A stretch of 61,983 nucleotides of DNA, filler included, from Collodictyon triciliatum (Eukaryota), in the NCBI GenBank assembly GCA_043381765.1. It is 9 parts of 9 records of this genome, joined end to end, with 100 filler letters (N's around TTAATTAATTAA, not from the genome) between each part and the next. Parts side by side here need not be neighbours in the genome. Positions count along the whole stretch, not along the records: positions 52,785 to 60,216 come from JBHJMP010003900.1; positions 60,317 to 61,983 come from JBHJMP010004041.1; 7 more parts are not named here. One strand, given 5' to 3'. The translations under genes were made by a program, and so were the position numbers. The notes below the pieces were generated by a model. That model searched no databases. It saw only the letters and a program-made list of their open reading frames with translations, and was not told the origin of the DNA. Position 1 is the stretch's first letter, and every line of letters begins with the position of its first letter. This document shows, piece after piece, positions 53,509 to 61,983 of this stretch.

Positions 53509-56500
53509 TCAGCGGAAGCTTTTGTATTTTCGCCGGAGATCCTTTGTTGGCAGGGGCGGAAGCGATGCATTCACGTGACGGCCTTGAAGAGGCCCGCTAA
53601 ACTGTTCTGTGGTTTCTGCTGTGGATGGCGCATCCGGCCGAGAAGGTTGCTTTTCCGGCACAAAGGAGCGTGGCGTGGCATGGCTGCGGGGCGAGGAAAG
53701 GCCACTCTGGCCAGGGAGCTTCGAAAAGCCACCGGAAGCCGAGGCAGACACAGACGCTGGTGTGTGAACAGCGCGACCGGGCAAGCAAGCCGAAGGCGCG
53801 TGCGGTGAGTCAGGTTGTGCATCGTGCGCAGAATCCATGATGCGGATGTACATTCGTTCATAGCGCACGGGAGTTTCCTCCTGCGGCCTGGGAGGATGAC
53901 TGGGGTGGAAGAGAACATGAGCAGCATTGGAGGCTGGGTACTTTGCTATCGAGGGCGCTTTGTCTGGGCGCATCTGCTCGCTTTCGTCATGCACCGAGGC
54001 TTCGGTGGACTCATTATGCGCTTTGCCGTGGCTGCGTGGACTCAGATGTGTGTGAATCTCCAGGGAGTCGGTCTGAACAATCACGTACCCGTCGCCATCT
54101 TTCTTCGGGGATGCAGGATACTCTGTGGCTCTTGGTAATGTGTCTACATGTGCTGCGCTGTGATGGTGACCGTCTTCGTGGATGGGCACCGCTAATTGGT
54201 ATTGGTACGGGGTCTCACTTTGATTCTGACTTTGATTCTGACTTTGATTCTGATTCTGATTATGATTCTGATTATGACTTTGATTTTGATGATGAATACG
54301 AGAGTCTCTTGGTTCCGCAGCCTTCCCCATGGAGCGACTCTGTTGAGGGTAGTGCGGTGGGTAGCCTGATAAATTGCCTCTGCTGCCTTGGTGCGTAGGG
54401 ATTGACTCTGTACTAATCCTGCCTTCGATGGGGCGATATGTCCTCACAGATCCGTGCTCCATTGGCGGGTCAGAAAAGGCTTCTACTCTGGACTCGATGC
54501 GTCCGCCCATTTTGTAAGAGCCTGCGTCTCCGGCGGACCTTGTTGGCTTGGACGGGCCCTGGTGTGAGTGCTGATGATATGCTTCGGGTAGTGCGGCTTT
54601 GTATCCTTTAGCACCAACAGATGCACCTTGGAAAAGAGAAAGCTCGCGGCGCAACTCTTCCATGTGGAGCTTATAGTCATCCTTCTGTTTCCTTTCGGAT
54701 ACAAGCTCATAAAGAGTATTTTCCATGCGCGAATGGGCGAGGCTGTGTTCACTAGAAAGCTTCCTATATGCTTCGGAAAGCTCGTTGTATAGAGCCACTC
54801 GCTTCTCGAGCTCAATCTGCACAATCTCTAAGGCCCGGGTTATCTCGTTGTTGCGTGAGAGCAAGAGGCCGATAAAGTATTGAATGAAAACAATTTTTTC
54901 AAGCGCCGTAGATGCCGCAGTATCTTGTTGGCTCTGTTGCATTCCTTTGACGCTGTCATAAATCTCGTTTATGATAATAAAAACACTACTATGGCTTTCT
55001 TCCTTGTTCGGCACAGCACCACTTTCATGAACAGTATGTTGATTGGAAACCTGGCCTGCAGTCAGGCGTGCATTGTGATCGGGCGGACTCAAAAAAGCAG
55101 CAGAACGCGAACGATTCTGTGGCAAAATCGACAAGTTTGCAATAAATGCGTGAATTTCCCTCAACTCTACTGACCTTGCCTCAAATACTTTCTCAGCAAT
55201 AGAGACAGCCTCTGTATTTGGTCCTGGCTGGTCTGCGGCATTAGAAGCTACAATCAGTTCAGCGGTTGCGTGTATCTGATGACAGAATGCTGAAAATGCC
55301 TCCTGATAGAATTTTGAAAGCGAATCCTTCTCTATCATGGCTGATTTCATCTCCTCGAATCGAGCCAATAGCTTTTTGTTTTCCTGAGTCACGGTCATTC
55401 GAAGATTTTCAGCTTCAACCCTGAGTTTGCTTTCTCTATTCGCGATGTCTGTAACTTTAGCTATGTCCTCTCGACTGGATGCCATGATAGAGTTCATGTC
55501 CCTTTCCAATTTAAGACACAAAGCGCGTTGTCCTTGTATGATCTGCTCCTGTTGCTCTGTCTTTTTCAAGGAGTCGTTGTATTGTGCATTCAAAGCCAGA
55601 AGCTGGTCCTCATATTTCCGGGCTTCCTTTTGCATATTCAAGGACATGGCCGTCAGAGGATCCTTCTCCCTTGGGGTGGAATCTAATCCACGGTCAGTAA
55701 AGCTGCGACTCTGGTTTGAGCGAGTCATGTATTGCCCTGTTTGAGCGGAGCTCATGTCTAAAGTCTGAGCAGACAAGTGGTTTGATGGTTGTTGAATCGA
55801 TTTCCCAAACTGTGCCTCTGTGGAATGCCTGGAATCCTGTATGTTATGAATCCACTTTTCTTGAAGAACATTTCGGAGATTGGTGAGGGCGTCCATAGCA
55901 GAATTGTACTCATACTTGTCATATTGTTCCAACGATAGAATTACAAACGTCTCACTTACAAGGCTGATCATGACTAGTTGATTAGTTTCGAATTCCTCGA
56001 TGCGACTCTGTAAAGCACGCTCATGCCTTTGAAGCTCATGTATAGCAGAACTTTGCTCCTTAACTTTGGCCCTCAGTTCCTCATTTTGTTTCGTGGATTC
56101 CTTGTTAAACCCAGACAAAGTTGCTTCCGTTTGGCTCCTTTCCATACGAACACGTGTATCCGCTTCAAGGTGAATACGTGACATCTCTAGCTCTTTCTTG
56201 GCCCAGTCAGCCCTGAGTGTCTCAATAACTCTTTCTTGTTTATCTTTGCAAATATGCAGCTCATCTTTTTCGCTCTGGAGCTGGCGCACCAACGGCTTTA
56301 GTTTCTCCAATTCCTTCACACTAGATTGTAGTTTGATTTTCAAATCCTCGTGTTCCGAACACTGTTTTCGGAGATCATAGATGACAGAGTGGCAAGCAGT
56401 ATGCCAGCAATGGGCAACCTCTTGAGATGCTAGTTGAAGGGGATGGGAAGAGTGTTTCTCTTGTTGAGATATCAAATCGACAGGTAGCTCTGTCCCAAGG

Positions 56501-59500
56501 AGCTCTGCACATCCAATAATCGTACTTTGCAGCCTTTGAGTGGTTGTGGCGTCTAATCGTGGCTGGGCATCTGTGCCTTTCTTTTGCCTTTCGCCTTCTC
56601 TCTTCAAGTCTTCTAGCTGACGCTCATATTGACCGTTTATACCGGCGAGCATCTGAATTTGCTGCTTCATCAGCTCTGTCTCTTTCCTGAAACTAGCCTC
56701 ACGATCCATCATGTTTCGTTGATTAGTGTCCGATACGCTCTGCAACGATGCTTTGATAGACTTTAGTTGGCTATTTTCAAGCAAAGTGGCTTCCAGATTT
56801 GCTTTGAGCTCCATGCCATTTCGTTCAAGTTGCTTCGCATGGGTTTGGAGCTGCAAAAAATGGTCTTGCGACTGACGAGCTAATTGGCGTAACAAAGTAA
56901 TCGTAGCAACTGCTTTGTCTTTGAACGCAGAAATGTCTTTAGGAGCGTTGACATCGCCGTTCCATGTCTCTACCTTATCATAGAAATTCATTTCAGTCCC
57001 AACTAACGTTATGAAATTGAATGTTTCCCGGCAGTACTTTTTGTATTGCTCCATCAGCTCTATATTAGCACTCGATTTTTCTCGATCTTCATAGAGGCCT
57101 TGTTCCAAACTGGCGAGTGCTTTTTTTTGCTCCAATATGAATCTTTGAAAAGAGGCGGAAGCGCTTTGAACAGACGTTTTAAAGTCAAACGAAGCTGGTA
57201 TAAGGACATCTGATGTGTCTGAATTAAAGGCATCTAAGGGACGATTGGCATCGGCATCTAATGTGTGGGAAATATAAGTCACAAACAGGTAGCATATTTT
57301 CATGTTCTCTCGTGCTTCCACGATTTCTGCAGGGTTTGTATTGAGTTGTAAGGATCGTGAAGTAGCTTTCATTTGTGAAGACAGAGTCTCCTCGAGGCTT
57401 TCGAATTGAGTTTGTAATTCATCAAGCTGCTCTGTTTTCACAGCCAACGCATTCGTTATTGTTGCATTCTGCTTCTGCAGTTGAATGAAGGATGTATCAC
57501 GGTCTTGCGATCTTAAATTCAACTCATTGAAGCTGCGCTCCCATCCGACTGATGAATCTTGTAATGTAGCTTTCTCAAGAGCGATTTCCTGCAATTTTTG
57601 ATTGCACTCTTGCAACGTTGCTCTCAGAACGACAACTTCCTCAGAGAGTGTGTGATTTTCCTGGTCTTTCTTATGAAGAGATAGCTGCAGTTCCCTTAAA
57701 ATTCCCATTATCTCTTGACTACTAAAAGTCGAAGAATCTGCCGAAGAAAAGGCCATTTTTTTGAGCTCTTCAAATACGACTTTAGAGTCTTGGCTCTTTT
57801 TTTCAAGGACTTTCCGCAAAGAATCATTCTCTTCAGAATAGTCCCCAGCCTCTTTTGTCTTTCTATCCAAGGCAGCTTGCAATTTTTGGACTTTAGCTTC
57901 ATTAGACTGACATTTCAATCTCAATGTCTCCATTTCCATCTGAAGTTTACTAAATTCACGAGTTTTCTCATCCATTAAACCTTCCAATTCGCTGTTTCTA
58001 TCTTCAATTTCTTGGGAATCCTGGTCTTTTGTTTGCATCAAAACAGATATTTTTTCAAATTTCGAAAGTAGCGCCTGATAGTCATGCGCCTTACTTTCGT
58101 AGCCCATTTTGACTGCCACAAGCTCTTGTTGTGTTTCCTTGAGTTGATTGGCTTGTTGTTCCAACTTCGACTCTAGTTTCTGGACGGTATCGGAGCTACT
58201 GTGTATTTGCTGGTTAGTCGTTTGGAAACTAAGTTTGAGTTTTTCAAGTTCATCCAAAAGTGAGATATTCTCTTGGTTTTTCATTTCGAGTTTGGACTTT
58301 ACAGCGCCAAGTTCATCCGTTAGACCTCTTGCCTCCTTCATTTTAAACTCCAAGTTCCCTCTCAACTCACTGTTTAATCCCATCAAGTCTTGAAATTCTC
58401 GGCTTTTCTTTTCTAGAAGGAGGTTTAGCTCATGCAAGTCGTTTTTTAACTTGGAGATCTCTCTCTGTGCTATCTCGCCAGAAACTAATGCTGGTTCGAG
58501 CTTACAAGAAAGCTCAAGAGCCTCTTTGTTTTTTTCATCCAGTTCTGATTTCAGTTTACTAAATTGCGATGCATTCCTGTTGCATTCTTCAATAAGATCT
58601 TGCATATTTCTCTTGGAATTCTCTACCATTTCTCTCAATGAGGTATTTACGAATTTAAGGGAGCCAACTTCGCCATCCTTCTCCTCAAACATGGCCTGCG
58701 TATTCGATAGAGAATCGGCAAGAGCTTTTCTTTGAGCTTCTATCTCGTGTATTTTTTGTTGCTGCAAAGATATTGCATTTTCCAGATCGATAATAACATT
58801 TTCTTTCTTTATGAGTGTGGCCTCCAAATTCTTTATAGTCACATGAGGAGCAGCAACTTGGCTTAAGGCGCTTTCTAATTTAGTTTCCAAGAATCGATTT
58901 TCCTGCGTGAGCTTTGCAATTTTACCATCGGAATCCTCCTGACTCTTTCTTAATTCGGCCTCTAGCTTTGAGAGGTTTTCAATTTTTTGCATGCATTCAG
59001 ACACTTCAAAATCCTTTTCTTTCAATGCAACTTGTGCGAAATCCACTTCCGAGGCTAAACGCGTAATCTTTTCTTCTTGCTCGTGATTAATTTTCTTGCC
59101 CTTTTCGAATTCTAACCGATACATTTCTGCTTCTCGTTGGGATTCACCAAGACTGGACTTGAGACTTTGGATATCTTCTTTAGCTTCTTTCAACTCCGAT
59201 GCTTGTAATTGGGAAAGAATTGTACCGCTTTCAATCGACACTCTCATTTCGTTAATTTCCCGAATCTGGGGAGCAAAGGATTCAATTTGAGCGTGAAGCT
59301 GCGATATTTTGTCTTTACTGCTCATTATCGATGCGAGGTCCCTTTCGTGCTGGTCTTGCATTTGCTTGATTTGTTGCTCTTGTTTGGTCATCTTTCCATG
59401 AGCTTCTGAAAGTTCAGATGTTGCTTTGTCTCTCTGTCTACAAGCTTCAGTATACTGAACTTCAAGTTCTTTTCTTCTTTGTTCCAATAAAATTATGTCA

Positions 59501-59875
59501 GATTTGGCCTTGTCGAGTTGAAACTATTGAAAATAAGTTTAAGAAAAGTATTGGGAAATCTAAATAAAGGAGAAAAAATATTTGAAAATGTAAGGCCTAA
59601 TATTATTCATCACTATTGGAAGTCATATATCTGAGGATTAAAAAAAAACCTTTAACTGCTCGTTTTCTCTTGAGAGCATATTGATTTGCTCTATATCTCT
59701 GGTCATTTTTTCAACCTCTTCCTTTAACTTTCCGATCTCTTCGGTCAATTTCTCTCGTTCTATGGAGAAGGACGTTTCTAGTTCCTTTAATGGGCCGAAT
59801 TTTTCAGACGAATACATTTGGATCAATTTTGCCATACTATCAGAATATTTTAGCCTCAGTTTATCGATACTACAG
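53509..59875 (-). CDS. Large coiled-coil protein with disordered P/S/Q/H-rich tail (>2000 aa), probably 5'-truncated
   Basis: ~6-kb uninterrupted heptad-rich exon ending in TGA at 53511-53509, plus an upstream exon at ~59875-59650 (IDKLRLKYSDSM...ENEQLK). Confidence 0.87.
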
Positions 59876-60138
59876 GAATAAAAAAGAAGGGATGAATACA
59901 TTAGATTCATCTACGAGAGTTACAGTGCATTAGATTAATCATTTTTTGACCTTTTTCTTAGGAATATTATCTTCATTCTTTGTCGATAACGTATTTTACG
60001 TTGTTCTCTTATTTATTTTGTCCCATAATATTGGCTTTTTCAGTTCAACATACATTTCTTTACTCCCAGATGTTTGGTCAAGCTCTCCTTCTGGGTCAAC
60101 AATACCGGGGACTGAGTAGTATTCTGACTCTAAATCCT

Positions 60139-60216
<78 letters not shown>
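60139..60216. repeat. (ACA)n microsatellite at contig end
   Basis: Seen directly. Confidence 0.95.
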
Positions 60217-61039
60217 NNNNNNNNNNNNNNNNNNNNNNNNNNNNNNNNNNNNNNNNNNNNTTAATTAATTAANNNNNNNNNNNNNNNNNNNNNNNNNNNN
60301 NNNNNNNNNNNNNNNNTTAAATAAATTGTAGAGGTGTCTCCGTGCATCCCAACCTGCTGATGAAGTCATGAGCGGAGTCGAGGACGGAGTTGCATTGGAG
60401 GGCTGATTCCCAACTTACGACGAGCTTCCAAGCCGATTGGATGCAGAGTTCTGATTTCGACACGCGACTGGGAAGTGAAATGACGGCGTGGGGCGAGTCG
60501 CGACTGGGGACTGGATCTGGGATTGGGGATTGGGATTGGGGATTGGATTAGGCGTATGCCATCGGAGTTAGCCGCGGATTTGCAGTGCTTTGCCGTTTGA
60601 CAAAACTGGTTCGCAGTACCATGAGGCAAGCTGCGGCGGCGTTTCGTCTGGACCGGATTATGGTTGGCTTGCAGGATGTGGAGGAGCCGGCCAGTTGTTT
60701 TGGAGCAGCGGCGTGTCGTGGGGATAGGGCGACGGCAGAAGAAGCGGCCTGGAGTGGCCCGAGGACTGTGGCGACGCTTGCCCAGGCCCGAAAAGCCATG
60801 GGGGACAGGGAATACGGACTCCGAAGTTGACGGCGAGGCCGGCATTCGTGGATTGCGGACGGCAGCGGAGCCCAAAGAGGAAGGGGGCTGCTCGGGTCGT
60901 GAGAAGTCGCCGCGGTTGCGAAGACATGGGTTGTTAGTTGCGCTGGTATTTGTGCTTAGTTAGCTAGTTTCTATTATGAAACGAAGTGGGCAGGGTCAGG
61001 CGTTTCTCCCATGGTTAATGTACGGCTGGCAGGCAAAGG

Positions 61040-61615
61040 ACTGTGTTGGTGTTTTTCTAATATTTGTGTCGTTGTATTTTTTTTGTATCTTTTTTTTGTT
61101 TTATATTTGTCGTTACATTTGTTGATTTTTTGTTGGGTTTTTTGTTGGTTTTTTTTGGGTTGTTTTTGTTGGTTTTTTGTTTGGTTTTTTGTTGGGTTGG
61201 TTTTATTGGGTTTTTCTATTGGGTTTTTTTATTTGGTTATTTTGAATTTTGGGTTTTTATTGTGTTTTTTGTATATTTTTTTGTATCATTTTGTCTGTTT
61301 ATATTGTTGTCGTTATATTTTTGTAGTTTATATTGTGTTTTTGTTTGGTTTTTTTTTGTGGTTTTTTTTGTTTGGTTTTATTTTGTTGGGTTTTGTTGGG
61401 TTTTTGTGGGTTTTTTCGGTTGGTTTTTCTTCGTTGGTTTCATTGGGTTTTTATTGGGTTTTTATTGGGTTTTTATTGGGTTCTTTTATTGGGTTTTTAT
61501 TGGGTTTCTTTTCGTCTGGGTTTATTCGTTGGGTATTGGGTTTTTCGTTTTTGGGTGTTTTATTGGGTTTTTCGTTGGTTTTTTTTCGTTGGGTTTTTTC
61601 GTGGTTTTTCTGTTT
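61040..61615. repeat. T/G-rich low-complexity tract with degenerate TTTTATTGGG-like units
   Basis: Strong strand asymmetry, with recurrent ATTGGGTTTT and GTTGGGTTTT units. Confidence 0.8.
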
Positions 61616-61983
61616 TTCTGAAGAGGCCACCCGCGCAATTTTTTGAGTGTCCAGAAAAAGTCTGCACTTGCCGCCTTTTAACGCGAGGTGAAATTTTGAA
61701 ACACCTTTAAAGGGCCAAGCACAAAGACACGGAACATGGATCGCGGGGGGGGCTTTTCGACTCTTGAGTCACAACAAGCCGCCCAACGAGAGAGGAAGCA
61801 AGAGAAAAAATTTCAAAGGCAAACCTAATTTTTCCAAAAAAAAAAAAAAAAAAGGATATAGATAAAGAGAGAGAGAAGGGAAGCCCCGATCTCACAAACA
61901 CCACAGCCAACAAGGCAGAAACATGCAAGTCGTAAAGCTGGCTGATGCGTTGGCCGCATAGAAGCCTTTCCGGCTGCGAGAAT

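Noticed and set aside
60340-60930. Stop-codon reassignment (TAA read as Gln)
   Set aside because: Genes of 1500-2000 codons here contain no in-frame TAA, and several well-supported genes end in TAA.
61011-61710. Hydrophobic F/L/G/V-rich ORFs resembling edited mitochondrial genes
   Set aside because: Open in all three frames simply because the T/G-rich tract lacks stops.

Overview
This is not one locus. It is nine short, AT-rich contigs (eight of about 7.43-7.45 kb plus a partial ninth) from an intron-rich microbial eukaryote. They are concatenated with an artificial 100-nt spacer (44 N + TTAATTAATTAA + 44 N) and mostly end in microsatellites. Standard genetic code and GT-AG introns fit. NPHP1 (and a WDR27-like gene) suggests a flagellated organism. 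Contents in order: an intronless ARM-like/NACHT/pentapeptide/WD40 NLR-like gene; a multi-exon TM-C1-TM-C2 class III nucleotidyl cyclase whose catalytic residues appear lost; a WDR27-like gene with two TSD-flanked, 5'-truncated L1-like insertions in its introns (one only ~23 nt); a giant coiled-coil gene; a giant extracellular protein fragment joining TMEM132-like cohesin/Ig modules, a second cohesin, a dockerin and (via a phase-compatible intron) a polycystin-type REJ region, which is the strongest candidate for an undescribed system; an EEP/sphingomyelinase-like exon; an NPHP1 gene apparently without SH3; the 3' end of an Na+/H+ exchanger; LINE ORF1/ORF2 relics; an NAD-dependent epimerase; and a second giant coiled-coil gene. 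All family calls come from motif recognition by eye, not database searches. Exon boundaries are approximate.
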